Shown here piece by piece: positions 51,839 to 64,000 of a stretch of DNA of 64,000 bases; positions within the stretch are counted from its first letter, which is position 1, and the number at the start of each line of letters is the position of its first letter. Made by a program: the position numbers and the translations under genes. This DNA is from Camelus dromedarius (lineage: Eukaryota), in the NCBI RefSeq assembly GCF_036321535.1, contig NC_087437.1, positions 107,262,001 to 107,326,000 on the forward strand, written 5' to 3'. A model generated the notes under the pieces. It was not told where the DNA came from and did not search any database. It saw only the letters and a program-made list of their open reading frames with translations.

Positions 51839-52178
51839 GAATGAGCTTCTTCCAGCCCCTCAAGACTGCTATGTTTTTAGAAGTAAGAACTACAGCACAA
51901 CAACCACATTTTTGATTGTTCTGGAATAAGGCGTGCTGTGTTTTTCTGTTGAACATAAACATAATCACAATGTTAAGAATCTGATTGGACTCTTGTTTTC
52001 ACTATTGTCACTGAGTGTCATATTGACAACCTCTAAAAGCCAGACATGTCAGGAAGTGATGTAGAAAGGACCTGCACTGTTGACTTTTTAGATATGTCCA
52101 AATTCTTTCAGCATGGACTTTGGATTTTCCAGTCTAATGTTTCTCAAATTATAATTTCTGTAGTTTCCTCTGAAGTAG

Positions 52179-52589
52179 TGTATGAGACTCCTTGGGCTGC
52201 TAAAACAAAACTCCCGCAGAGTGGGTGGCTTAAACAACAGAAATTTATTTTCTCACAGTATTGGAGGCGAAAAGTCAAAAATTGAGGTTCAGCTGAGTCG
52301 GTTTCTGGTGAGAGCTCTCTTCCTGGCTTGCAGATGGCTGCCATCTTGTTTTGTCTTCACATGGCCTCTGCACTGGGCTTGAGTGTAGAGAGAGAGAGAG
52401 AACTGGAGAGGGAGAGACTGTTCCTCTTCTCATTAGGCCACCAGTCCTATTGCATTAGGGCCCTACCCTATATGATGTTATTTAACCTTAATTACTTCCT
52501 AAAGACCCAGTCTCCAAATATAACCACATTAGGGGTTAGGGCTTCAATACATGAATATGGTGGGGGAGGGAGCAACTCATTTCACAGCA
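52179..52589 (-). mobile_element. MLT1A0-like MaLR LTR
   Basis: gggtggcttaaacaacagaaatttattttctcacag...cttcctggcttgcagatggctgcc...ggggttagggcttcaatacatgaat. Confidence 0.88.
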
Positions 52590-54614
52590 GTTCCATATAA
52601 ATATATGAATATATATATTACAGGTTCTTGTCAAGGATGGAAACATGAAAGATGTCCTGTTTCTTGGTAACAATGCTTTATTATAAAAATCTAAAAGTGA
52701 CTCTAAAGTGAACATTTGAACTTGAATTTTATAGCCATAGTGAAGTTTAAAATATACAACAGCTTACATTTGGGTTGGGCTTAATATTTTTTCAATAGAC
52801 TTCCAGGTCAAATGTTTTGTGGGATCCGCACAATGCACTTGTGATAGGAAACCCATCATTAAGCCCTGGCTTAGGAAACTAGGTCACAGCACACTGGAGA
52901 GACTGTAAGCACACTGTAAAATTAGAAGGTCAGGGAAGAAGTTCCTGCTCTGTCCCTGATGGGGGGTTGGGTTAGCAGTCTGGGGTTTGGGACCCTCTCT
53001 CTAAAATGAGAACATTGTTTTGGACGAAACCCTAAAATTCCTCCTGGCATTCAAAAAGTCTCTGTTTCTAGGAGGCACAAGGAAAATGAAGAGATTTGCT
53101 GTCAGCTACACAGCAAATTAATCGAAGTTGTGGGTTTAGAACCCTGTTTCCCTGACTTGCAGCTAATGGAAATTTCCAGAAATAGTAAAGGTCTAGTGTC
53201 AGGTGCCTTACCCTAATTCTCTTGACAGCATTGGAGTCTTGTATTTTACTTACTTCAGGGGTTAAAAACACAGGAAGAACATTTCCCTTTCAGATTTAAT
53301 AGGAGAAAATACCTGCTTTATGTCCTATAGAGAGAGTTGTGCTTTTCCTTAGAAAAAAGAGAGAGCAAAAAAAAAAAAAAAAGATGACTGCAGATGTTTA
53401 AGAGGATGGCTATAAATTCAGTGAGCTATAAACAAGAATTGTGACGGGAATAAAACCCAATGTCCTTATAGGGAAACCCAGACATGGCCAAGATTTGGAC
53501 ATGCGCCTTGCGTTAGGGTTTGGTTTTTTTTAAGAAGCTTGTGGTGGTACTAAGGGTTTGCCTGTAAAATGAGACATGAATGATGTCTGGCAGATCCGAA
53601 GCACAAAGAAAGATCTGAGGGCTCTTGTGTTTACACTTGCACAATGATGGTTGTAAGCAGATCTTTCTAAACAAGACAGAGCAATTTAGAAGGATTAAGA
53701 GATCTGAATTTAGCAGAATATGTGCTATAATTTTCCTCCTTTCTAAAGTTTCATGAGATTAAGCTCCTTGTGCTGATAAACCTAGAACAAAGGGATTTTG
53801 AAAGTGCCTTTTAAGACATTTGCTCTCTATAGGATCTTGTTGCTTGTCACTTGAGGTCATAATGTGGCTTCTTTTGTTCCACGGGGTTAATCTGTTTTGG
53901 TTATTTTCTATAGTAGCAAATAGTTTCAATGAAGTAGCTCCCTAAGGCTAGGTAGGAAGGCATATAGATTTTCAATCCATTCTGAAGATAATTATTTACA
54001 CATATTTAGAATATAATGGAAAAGGTCCTTCAGTTTGTAAGTCATCCTTGCTTTGTCTCTATTCCAAGATAAATTTAGTTTGGGGGAAATTGCAATACAA
54101 TGCCCAGTCACTCTTCATTTATGTTAGAATAAAAGAAAAACTCAGCCGCTGGGGACTTTCTCTATGCTGTTCTGGGAGTTCACGTCTGAGGGCTGCCTTT
54201 CAGGTGAAATAACATCACGATTAGTCTTTGGCTACTGCATTAAATGAACACTCTCAGATCCTCACATTTACCCCACGCTGGGGAGAAATTTCAACTGTAT
54301 GAGAAAAGCACATGTTTTGATACATTCAGTTAGAAATAATCCAGAGAATAGTTATAAGTTCATGACTAAGTTATATATCCAGATGGTTACATCACTGAGG
54401 ACATCACGCTAAGTAAGAATGTTGCTCAAAATGTTACTCTGTGTGAAGACATAGGACTGATCAGCACATTTTTGCTGATGGAAAATTTTATGTATAATTA
54501 TATACGTAAAATATGCATTATATATTAACGTCATTATACTCATAAAGTGCATCTGATACATCAATATAATATTAATTCTATATAATATTAACCATATATT
54601 TATATTAACCATAT

Positions 54615-55197
54615 TGTTATCATGAGGAGGGGAAACAGACCTTGGTTCTTGTCTTACCTGAGAGAAAGAACTCAAATGGGAGACTGAAAGTGTAATATAA
54701 ACAGAAAATGTTATTAGTAGAGCAAAATTAGTAGAGTACACCACCCAACCCGAGAGAGGAAAAATGGTGTTGCTCCTTTGTTTCTCCTGTTTATATGCTG
54801 GCTTAGGGGCGTTCTCGTGATTGATTGACAGCTCACATCCTTTGAGTGCTGAAGCATGTTCGTTTCTTTTGCTCATGCTCTTACCCAAGATGCTTACAGA
54901 AAAACCTATGAGAGTGGCCCAAACTGCAATGCTAATTACATTGTAATAAGCACTGGACTCTGTTAAGTTGGGTCTCCTTCTCTCTACTGTGCAGACGCAG
55001 TGGCAGGATCAAACTGGCTTCCTGTTTGGCGTTCATTTATAGAAAATAAAATTCTTTGAAGCCCCTTATCCTGAGCACAAGCATCCAGTAGCAAAAGAAG
55101 ACTTTCTCTAATTTTTAAAAAGACGTGCAAAAGAAAAAAAGTAAAATTGTATTTTGAGTATATCCCCTGAGTTCCCGTTTTAAATTTGCTAGTTATA
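54615..55197 (-). mobile_element. Probable ERV solo LTR
   Basis: GC-richer block starting TGTTA within AT-rich DNA, with tttatat (minus-strand TATA-like) and gattgattg; right boundary and TSD (atat/ataa) uncertain. Confidence 0.55.
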
Positions 55198-55199
55198 AT

Positions 55200-56600
55200 A
55201 AATGTTGTTTAATTCTAGTCCAAATATTTTGGTTTATGATCACAAATCTAGAGTCATTTAAAAAACAATGTTTTCAGGTCAAAATCAAATATATTCTCTT
55301 TTCATATAGTTCACCAATTGCTTCAAATGATTCAGTATTTTTATTTGCTTTTCCGTTGAGATTTTGCATTTGTGTATAAATTTTGAAATGTTTCTTTCCA
55401 GGAATTTCTGATATTTTTTTCTTCTTACTACATTATTTGCCTACATCGTATTTTTCTCATACATTCCATTACAAAGAATCCTCCTTTGTTTCCCAGATCA
55501 CATCATCTTAGAATCCTTTTTCCCTCTGCTCCAATCTGGACTGGGTGCTCTTTAGCGCAGCTATACTGATGATATTTTAGGATTTCTTCTCACTGCTCTT
55601 CTGTCTCAGATCCAATGGTTTTTCATTCCACGTCATTATCTTTTTTCATTTACTGTCTTATCTGTTGGGATACATTCTCAAGTAACTTCCTAGGAAGATA
55701 GAAATGGGAGTAAGCTTTCTAATTATTTGCATGTCTAAAAATGTTTTATGCTACTTCACTCTTCATCAGTAGTTTGATTGGGTAGAAATTATCTAGTTCA
55801 TTAGCCATGATACATTAGATTACACGTCTTTAACAAAGAGCCCACAAATCTCAGTGATTTAACATAAAAATATATTTTTTACTCACATTACATGTTCAAT
55901 GCAGATTATTGCTCCTTATACTCAAAGTCCAATTCAGTGGAGCCTGCAACTTAAAAAATGCTTCTGCAATTATGAAGGCAGGGAAAAGGGAATACTGTGC
56001 ATTGGTAGTGAAAAAGGGCACCTGGAAGAAACATGCTTACTTCCATTTATCTTTTATTGGCCAAGAAAGTCACAGGATGCTACTTAAGGCAGGTAAAAGA
56101 GAGGATGACACATCACGCACCTTGCCCCTAAAAGTCCTAAAGTATATGACATTCATTCATATTTAACTGCTCAAAGCAATTGCCAACACTACATTTGATG
56201 CTAAAGCGGGAAGTACAATCCTACATGCCCGGAAGGAAGTGAGAAATGGATTATTTGTAAATAGTCACAGTACTATACATTGCTTAACAATAAGTTTCCC
56301 TTTGATTTTCAAGGCATTACTCCATTGTCTTCTAGCATCCAGTAAACTTTGACTGCTGTTTCTTTGCATGTGTACCCTGGCTGGGTAAAATTAAAATTTT
56401 CCTTTTATCTCTGTTGTTAAAAAATTTTATCATGGTGTGATTCAATGTAAATCTTTAAAAATTTATTTTATTGGGCATGAATAGGACATTTTCAGACTAA
56501 AAGTAAGAATCTTTCACTTCTGAATGAATTCCAAAATTATTTCTTTAATAATTCTCTCCCTTCATTTCTTTATTCTCTCATTCTGGAATTTTTACTAATT
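55200..56600 (-). mobile_element. Second HAL1-like/old L1 relic, interrupted by MLT1
   Basis: ctctgctccaatctggactgg...gtaacttcctaggaag...tttgcatgtctaaaaatgtttt is colinear with 47680-47930; resumes at about 56290 (gcattactccattgtcttctagcatcc). Confidence 0.55.
55790..56280 (-). mobile_element. Old MLT1 LTR
   Basis: cacaaatctcagtgatttaacataaaaatatatttttactcacattacatg...attggccaagaaagtcaca...gggaagtacaatcctacatgcccggaagga. Confidence 0.6.
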
Positions 56601-58107
56601 TACCTAATGGAGAAACTGAGTCTTGAAAACCTTACATGAGGATCAGAAAAATAAAATATGGTAGAAATTCCTATGAACTTAGTTGAACAAGAAAATCTAG
56701 GTAGAAAAGTGCCATAAAGAAGTAAATGAGTCACTGAGCTTTCATGCTTTTGCTGCAAAGTCTATAATTCCATCATCTTAATGCCTTTCTCACCCAAACT
56801 CTTTAACTCTGATTTTTATATCAGGGGTATGAAGACTAATTTAAGTTGTTAAAAAACAATAGAAAAGAGACATTATTACTCACTGTAATGAAATTATTGC
56901 TTACATGTATATATGCTATAAAATATGAATGATACAGGTTAAATTTTAAATACAAAATATTTATAAATGTAAATTCTAAAAATTATTTGGAATCATAAGT
57001 AAATTATATTTATTACCTATACCCCGTGTCAATTAAGAATACTTTCAGAAGCAAGTAAAGTCAACTAATAATGGCAGCGATTGGAAGTAAAAGGCCAACT
57101 ATTATCTGCTTAATGAGAAGTCCAGAGCTGGAGGGCCTAGGATTGTTCTGAAAGTCCAACCATACCATCTAAGAGCACAGTTCCTTACAGCCTTCCAGAA
57201 GGTTTGTTTTTCTAGTGGATGTGGATCACTTATTATAATACTGCTACTTACATAAGTGGTAGCAATTAGGCAACTTAAGACAAAATGGCTAATGCATTTT
57301 CCAGAAGTCACACTTACAAACTTATGCCTAGGATTTTCATCTTAAATAGAAAAATGGGCTCATTTTGCTGGGCTGTGTTTTGTTCAAGACCATCTCTGGC
57401 TCAACTCAATACAGTGCTCTACCCTCCACCGTCCTATTCCAGGTACTGTTGTCACTCCATCTTCAGGAATAGTAAAGCAACGTCATTTACCCCCTTGGGC
57501 CTCAACAGTTGGCATAAATGTTAACCCAGAGGTGTCAGAGTCTATTCTCAATGTCACATGCCTTGAGAAAGGATCAATTTCATTGTGTTGCAGGAATCAA
57601 CGCCAGGGACAGGAGCCAAGTGCAGTTGGGTTGACATGAAGGAAATTATATTCTTGGGGCAACTTAGCAAGGATAAGGTACTAGTGATCTTGTGGAAAAG
57701 TTACAGAATGAATTTACCTAGAAGAAAATCGACTGTCTTTTGATTTTGAATCATTTACCCCTTTTTTGCTCCTGTTTGTTTAGAAACCCAATGAAGGCAA
57801 TGATTCTTTTGCCCTTAATTTTAGTACTAACATGGGGAGACAAAACCAGATCAACAAACGCCACAGCGTGGAGGGACAAGCACCAAGTTGAACAAGTGTG
57901 TCCTCTACACTGAAGGTGCTGCTCTGTTCTGCTATTGTCTTTATATACACCCTGTCCCAGAAGACATTGCGTTTTGACAATTTCCCTTTTACCAGGTACA
58001 CATGTGGACATTTTGAGTGTTATTTCTAGAGACTAGTTTATAAATAAAGTCATTTGAGATGCTGGTAGTTTTTTACATACCTGAAACCTATTTCAGGAAA
58101 GAAGGCA

Positions 58108-58258
58108 GCCAAAGGAGCACTAAGATTAAGGACCATGGGTCTTTTGCCTGCCTCTGTCATAAACCAGCTATGTAAATTTTGGCAAGAACACAAGCTCTCT
58201 AGACCTCAGCTGTAACGTGATGTCTTTGGACCAGATGGCTCCAAAGTCTTTCCAGCTG
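58108..58258 (+). mobile_element. MIR3-like fragment
   Basis: ctctgtcataaaccagctatgtaaattttggcaag...ctctctagacctcag...ttggaccagatggctccaaagtctttccagct. Confidence 0.5.
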
Positions 58259-59339
58259 CAGTAGCCTCTGATGTCAAGACAATGGATGCTCTCAGCCTTC
58301 CCTTTGGTTCACATTCCATGACGTAACACAGAAGCGTAGTACAATGAGCTCTCCTCCTCAGCCTGGTATAAGCCACAGCTTTGAGGAAAGAAAGGATGTA
58401 GCTAGTTTTCACTCTGCCCTTTCCCTTTTCCTTTGCATGCTGCCATTTCTAGGCTAATTTCATGCTTTTATAACTGCTGCATGGAAGTTCTGAGAATTTC
58501 CCAGCAGGCTTTTGGCTTGCCTGTGAAGTTTGGGAGTCTAAAATCCAGCTTCCTTTGCTTCTTTCGCTCTTCTTTTTCCTTTCTCTAATGGTTTACATGA
58601 TCCTATGCTATCATGTTCTATTTCCTAATTTCTCTTCAGTGTGACAAGCCTACTGTATACATTAAATTGCATACAGGAGATATGTAAGTACAGATTCCTC
58701 AACTTCAGACTTCTTCTATTCATGCCCCAAATGACCTCTTTCCTCAAAGCATTAGGAAGCCAGATTGTTCTTGGAAGAGTTGAACCAGATTGTTTTCCAA
58801 CATCTCAGCTCTGAAGCTGAGAATTAGGAGGGCCCATCTGAGCACATGCATTGAGATAAATCTCAGAAGGTACATAATTAAAATTCTCCAGGCTGGGGAT
58901 GACTTGGGTCACATGGAAGCTCCTGCCACCTTGAGATCTGCAGGTTGGCATCACGCAATGGGCTCTTTTCTTTATTTCTCTCTCATTTCATAGTCCGATG
59001 CTAAAGTTCCTGCTGACGTACTTTAGCAACAGCTCAAAGTACTCAACAGTTTGTATTCTACCTACATTTGTGATACATCCTTGAAGAACAAATTAAAAAA
59101 GTGAAACTTACTTCAAGTTTTCTCCACATTTTTTGGAATTTCTTACCACACAAGATGGAACAAGTTCTTGGTGGACAAGCACCAATAAAGGAAGCAAGAA
59201 CCTCACTTATACTGATTGCTTGTTTTGTGCAAGGCACCGCAGAGAGAGCAGAGATAAGAGATATAAGCTGTGCTGTTAAAGAGCTCATAATCTAGTAGGA
59301 AAATAATCAACTCATTATAAAAAACAAATACAAGTCACC

Positions 59340-59811
59340 TGCGGTTAGCAGTATAATGCTCCCCTCCCTCAAAAATATTCATGTCAAAATCCCTGGGAAC
59401 TGGCAAGGAGAAATAAAGGTTGCTTATCAGGTGACCTTAAAATGAGATTATCCTAGATTTCCCTGGCTGACCCAATATAATCATGAGTTCTTAAAGGTGA
59501 AAAAAGGAGGGAGAAGAGGAGTAAAAGTGAAGGAAAATGAGAGGGATTTGACCTGCTGTTGTCGGCTGTGAAGATGGAGGGAGAGGACCATGAACCAAGG
59601 AGTGTGCCTTACTCTAGATGCTGGAAAAGACTAGGAAATGGATACTCTACAAGGGCCTCCAGGAGGAATGCAGTCCTGCCTGTGGGTTGATTTTAGCCCA
59701 AGAAGACGTGTCAGACTCCTGACCTGCAGAACTGGAGGATAATGAATGTGTGTTGTCTCAAGCCATTACGTTTGTGGTCATTTGTTATAGCAGCAATGGA
59801 AAACTAATACA
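59340..59811 (+). mobile_element. MLT1D-like MaLR solo LTR
   Basis: gaagatggagggagaggaccatgaaccaagga...gtttgtggtcatttgttatagcagcaatggaaaactaataca; TSD tcacc/gcacc with one mismatch. Confidence 0.88.
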
Positions 59812-60137
59812 GCACCTTATGATTAATGCCCAGTGAGAGGCTAAAACAGTTAAAAGTGGGGGATACTGTGCATGAAGGTACTTTTTGAACTCGAAAGCCT
59901 TATTGAAATATGGTGTAAAAAAATAAATTTTTGAGTACTTCAGTTCTCTTCAGTATATCGCTAAAAGTATAGAATCTTGACCTGCTTATTTGAGGTAAGA
60001 CCCTGATTTAATCACTTCTGAGCTGTAGAAGCTTATTAACTTTAGGCTCTCAAATTCCCTAAGCATCATTCTTTCTTCTTTTGAACAGAAAATAAGTGTA
60101 TAAGTCATATATATATATTGTAAGTCATATACATGTG

Positions 60138-60839
60138 TAGTTGACCCTTGAACAACAGGGGTTTAAATTGTGCAGGTCTACTTACACGTAGATTGTTTTC
60201 AATAATATATTGGAAACATTTTTGGAGATTTTTGACAATTTGAAAAAAACTCACAGTTGAACTGTGTAGCCTAGAAATATTGAAAACATAAGAAAAAGTT
60301 AGGTACATCATAAATGAATAAAATTCATGTAGATACTAGTCTATGTCACTTATATTACCACAAAATATACATGAATCTATTATAAAAAGTTGAAATTTAT
60401 CAAAACTTATGCACATAAACACTGATAAACCATTCATAGGCTCTTTGACTACACCAGGCGACCATAAAGCAACCATATTGCTGCTCCTTCATTATCGATG
60501 CATGAAGCATTAGACCTGTAAGTAAATATGAATTTTTCCCATTATTTTTTTCATTTTTGATGTGTAGTATTAGTAATACGTATATAACATCTACAGTGTT
60601 TCGTATTATATAAGACAGTGTTGATGTGGGTGCTGACAGACAGTTCATCTTGTAAACAGACGACATATACTTGCGGTGTACAGAATATGTGTTAATTGAC
60701 TGTTTACGTTACCGGTAAGGCTTTTGGTCAACAGTAGGCTATTAGTAGCTAAGTTTTTGATGAGTCAAAAGATATGCAAGAATTTTTGGCTGTGCAGGAA
60801 TTGGTGCCCCTAACCCTGGCATTGTTCAAGGGTCAACTG
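60138..60839. mobile_element. Tigger2-type (TcMar) non-autonomous DNA transposon
   Basis: Perfect 17-bp inverted termini agttgacccttgaacaa (60139-60155) / ttgttcaagggtcaact (60822-60838), TA at the right flank. Confidence 0.9.
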
Positions 60840-60949
60840 TAAATACATACACATATATACACACACATACACATGTGTATGTTATATACTTACAGTATAT
60901 ATCTCATATATATACATATATAATAATATCTTACATATATATAAGTATC

Positions 60950-61420
60950 TAAGTCAGTGTCCAGTTAGGAAAGCAGAAACAGTCTATGTAAATATAATGC
61001 TGACTTTGCACAACAAGGAGAAGACCTTAAAAGCTCAACAGGAGCTACTGAGGCACCAGGAGATTAGTCATGACAGGAAGCCACCAGTTGCCCCAGGGAC
61101 AGAAGGGTAACAGGAAAAGGTGGCATTCCCAAGCTCCAGATCCTGGGCCCCTAGGGGGCATTCCCTGGAGGGTGCTTCTGCGTGGCACAGACTGTATACC
61201 CAGCCAGAGCTGCCATTTGAAAGGAGATGGCTGCTGCCTAAAGCAGACAGTGGGAGGATTGCCTTGGCTTCACTTTCTGTCCACCCTCCAGTCTCACACC
61301 AGCATCTCCCCCAGAGATGAACCCTGCCAGAAACCATCTGAAGCAGCACCTGGGAAATGCAGCCCTCAGAATAGAGCGGTGGGGTGGGTGGGGGGGATGG
61401 ATCTAAAAGCCAACAGCAAA
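60950..61420 (-). mobile_element. LTR33-like ERVL LTR
   Basis: ccaccctccagtctcacaccagcatctcccccagagatgaaccctgccagaaacca...cctgggaaatgcag resembles LTR33. Confidence 0.55.
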
Positions 61421-61757
61421 AGAGCTGCACATGGGCATAAAAATAGTCCCTACATTATCGGCTTGTTTGTGAGGAGTAAATGAATTGTGTGAAGCACTTA
61501 TGTGGCCCTCCATTCTTGGCACATGGTATGTGTTCAACTGATGTTTTCTCTTGTTACTACTGCTTTCAGTTTAATCACATAATTAAAGTAATGAAAGGGA
61601 TGCTTAAATGTCTCCCATAATCTAAGATTGTTAACTTTTCTAAACACTTTCCAATCTATTATTGTTTCCTCTGGAGGGAGATTATCCATGTGCTGAAGGT
61701 TGTAAGCTAACAAAATGTTGTTGAAGTATGCACCAGAGAAGACTGGATGAAGGGGAC

Positions 61758-62580
61758 TGTGATGAGAAATATGTATGTATTTGCCCTTTGTCTTGGTTCT
61801 TGTCACCAAACTCCTAAAACCCTTGAAATTTCCTGAATGGAAAAAAAGAAAAAGCACAACCTAGAAGTTGAGAATTATGTTTTATTTGGAGGACCTTCTG
61901 AGGACTTCAAGCCTGAGAGGCAGCCACTCAGGTAGCTGAAGAGGTAGGGGAGGAACCAGGATATATAGGAGTTTTGCAACAAAAACCAGATAGCCTGAAC
62001 ATCAAAAGATTACTGTTAAAGAAAATCAGATATCTGAAGTTAATTTAGTGCTTTTCTATATATGGGAAGATGCAAGAGTCTGGGCTCATTGAAATCATTC
62101 CTTCTTTTGGTATGTACCTTAGCTATCTAGGGCCATTATCTTGTACCCGCCTCCTCTGTCCTGGGGGCAGCTGCAGTGGCTGAGGGTTTGGCAGCCTGTT
62201 TGTCTCCATCCTGAGTTCCCTCAGGGCTCACTATAGGGATGGCTTTAGTGGCTTGATGGCTGCAACATCCTTTGTTTACTGATATGGCAGAAACATTTTT
62301 TATTCACATTAGGGATGGTAAATACAGTGCTTTTCTGTGTTCTGTGAGTTGTTCTAACAAATTCTTAAACCTGAGGAGCGCATCATGGGAACTCCTGATG
62401 CATGTAGTTGGCAGTTGAAGTCGGGGGCAGCCTTGTAGAACTGAGCCCTTAAATATGTAAAATCTGATGCTAACTATCAGTAGTTACTGTCAGAGACTTG
62501 GAGAATTCGTATTTCAAAAGACACCATGTATTTGGTGTCCAGAGGTGGGGGAGAAAGCCCTCTTATTTGGTGTTGAGTTG
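61758..62580 (+). mobile_element. MER21-like LTR split by a second LTR
   Basis: 5' part ctcctaaaacccttgaaatttcctg and 3' part ttctgtgagttgttctaacaaatt...aacctgaggag...atgggaactcctg...actgagcccttaa...atctgatgctaact resemble MER21. Confidence 0.7.
61834..62308 (-). mobile_element. ERV1-type LTR nested in the MER21-like LTR
   Basis: Minus-strand AATAAA (tttatt 61881-61886) and TATA-like gatatatagg; ends tttgtttactgatatggcag...ttcaca. Confidence 0.7.
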
Positions 62581-63189
62581 TCCAGGGCAAACAGCACAGA
62601 GGGACCCAAACGAACATGAGGTGATTAGTGCAAACAAACCCCCTCCCCTTGCTCAGCTGTACAGTCTTGCTTTGAACACATGTTGATGAACTGTACAAAT
62701 AGCTTTTAAATCATCCTTTGAGAAAATTTAATAATAGCCCTTTGGCTGTCTCCTGAGTTTGTTTAAGAAACTTATCTACTATATTGTTAACATGGAAAAC
62801 TTAATGTCTTGCCAAGTAAAATACACATGCAAGTCATTGGTAAAGTGCTTCATTTCTATCTTTTTGCACATTATGTGTAGTGATTGCCTTGGAAAAAAAA
62901 AACTCTTTAATAATGTCCTTTAATTTCACTCCACTTTTCATCTTTTAGGAAGCAATCCACATTGTATCTGAGATCGTAACTTATTTTTGGCCACTGAAAA
63001 TTCTTTCATGTGTGTACTGACTACTGTTACATCTGTCTTTCTTATTTCTGCTGAACTCCCGACCCATTTTTGGTTAGTTAATGGGCATTTCTACTTGGGA
63101 TTCCAACGAGAAATGATACACCAAAGGCAACACTTCATTGTTAATCTCAAATCATTTTTTCTGATCTCGTAATTTGTATCTTGGTGTAT

Positions 63190-63865
63190 GAAGCCATCTT
63201 CCTCCTTCCCAAAGTCAAAAATGAAGGATCATAATAACATCTCTCTCTCACTGCCTCTGACCTCCCTCCTTCGACCTCGTCCAGTCACTACATTATGCGT
63301 CTACCTTGTTCAAAGGTCTCCAATCTGCTTCACTTTCCACTCCTAAAACCACCATCACAGTTCATGCCCTCTCTTGCCTGCCTGTCTGACCAAGATTCTT
63401 ATGGGGTCTCCTTGCTTTCAGTCTGACCCTTTCCTCATCTGCTTTTTACTGTACAGTTTGAAAATTGTTACAATCATAAATCTGATCACAACTGTTCCAT
63501 GTTTAAAAGTATTTATTTGTTCCCTATGACTTCAAGTGAAATTTCAAACTATTGGGCTAACCTGCAGCACTAATGAAATCTGTCAGTAAGTTTCCAGCAT
63601 TACGCTCTGCAGGTGCCCTTTGCTATAAAAATATAAACTTACTTTAAGTACTCCAAGTAGGCATCCCTTCCTCCAGAATGCCTTTCCTACAACTGCAGTC
63701 TTATTTAGATGCTTTTTGATTTTTTCTGGACAAGTCCCTATCACTGCAGTTATTATACAGTGCTCTACAAGATTTTTCTCGTGTGTCTGACTTATTGGAC
63801 CAAAAGCTATTTGGGGAAGGTGCCATGACTTGTTAGATCTTGTATTGCCAAGTGCCTAGAACAAT
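63190..63865 (+). mobile_element. L2 3' region relic
   Basis: ggtctccttgctttcagtctgaccc, aaatctgatcaca, cttcctccagaatgcctttcct and gtattgccaagtgcctagaaca. Confidence 0.65.
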
Positions 63866-64000
63866 GCTGTACAATGTGGTAGCCACTAGCCACATGTTTG
63901 TTGAGAATTAAAATGCAGGTGGTCAAGTTGAGGGGCCCTATACATGTAAAATACTCATGAGAATCTGAAGATTTCCTAAATTCAAAATACCTCATTAATG
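63862..64000. mobile_element. MER33/MER3-like hAT-Charlie relic, cut by window end
   Basis: caatgctgtacaatgtggtagccactagccacatg...tgtaaaatac is the hallmark motif of these families. Confidence 0.7.

Noticed and set aside
52777..52866. 9-bp inverted repeat gggcttaat / attaagccc suggesting a small hAT MITE
   Set aside because: Short, with no TSD and no family I can confidently match.
54409..54888. 159-aa minus-strand ORF
   Set aside because: It runs across an LTR boundary into AT-rich low-complexity sequence and has no protein-like signature.
61068..61483. Overlapping 120-aa and 137-aa ORFs
   Set aside because: They sit within a GC-richer LTR33-like relic and show no gag/pol/env similarity that I can see.
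1..64000. CRISPR array, operon or other novel multi-gene system
   Set aside because: The sequence is mammalian repeat-rich non-coding DNA with no repeat-spacer array or intact gene cluster. L1 orientations are mixed, so a host-gene strand cannot be inferred either.

Overview
AT-rich, CpG-depleted mammalian genomic DNA, either intergenic or deep intronic. I recognise no host protein-coding exon, functional RNA gene or CpG island. Much of the window is interspersed repeats: LINE-1 copies of several ages, HAL1, L2, MIR, MaLR/ERVL and ERV1-type solo LTRs, hAT and Tigger DNA-transposon relics, and microsatellites. Three tRNA-Ala-derived SINEs resemble the camelid Vic-1 family, and I saw no Alu, B1, Bov-A/BovB, PRE-1 or CAN-SINE, so the source is probably a camelid (inference). 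Nearly all ORFs in the supplied track are chance ORFs or L1 ORF2 remnants. I found no support for a novel biological system. The best observations concern retrotransposon architecture: a TSD-bounded L1 that keeps both ends and ORF1 but lacks almost all of ORF2, a SINE nested in a SINE, an L1 mosaic with two orientation flips, and solo LTRs with exact 4-bp TSDs. Family names come from remembered consensus sequences, not a database search, and boundaries of old elements are approximate.
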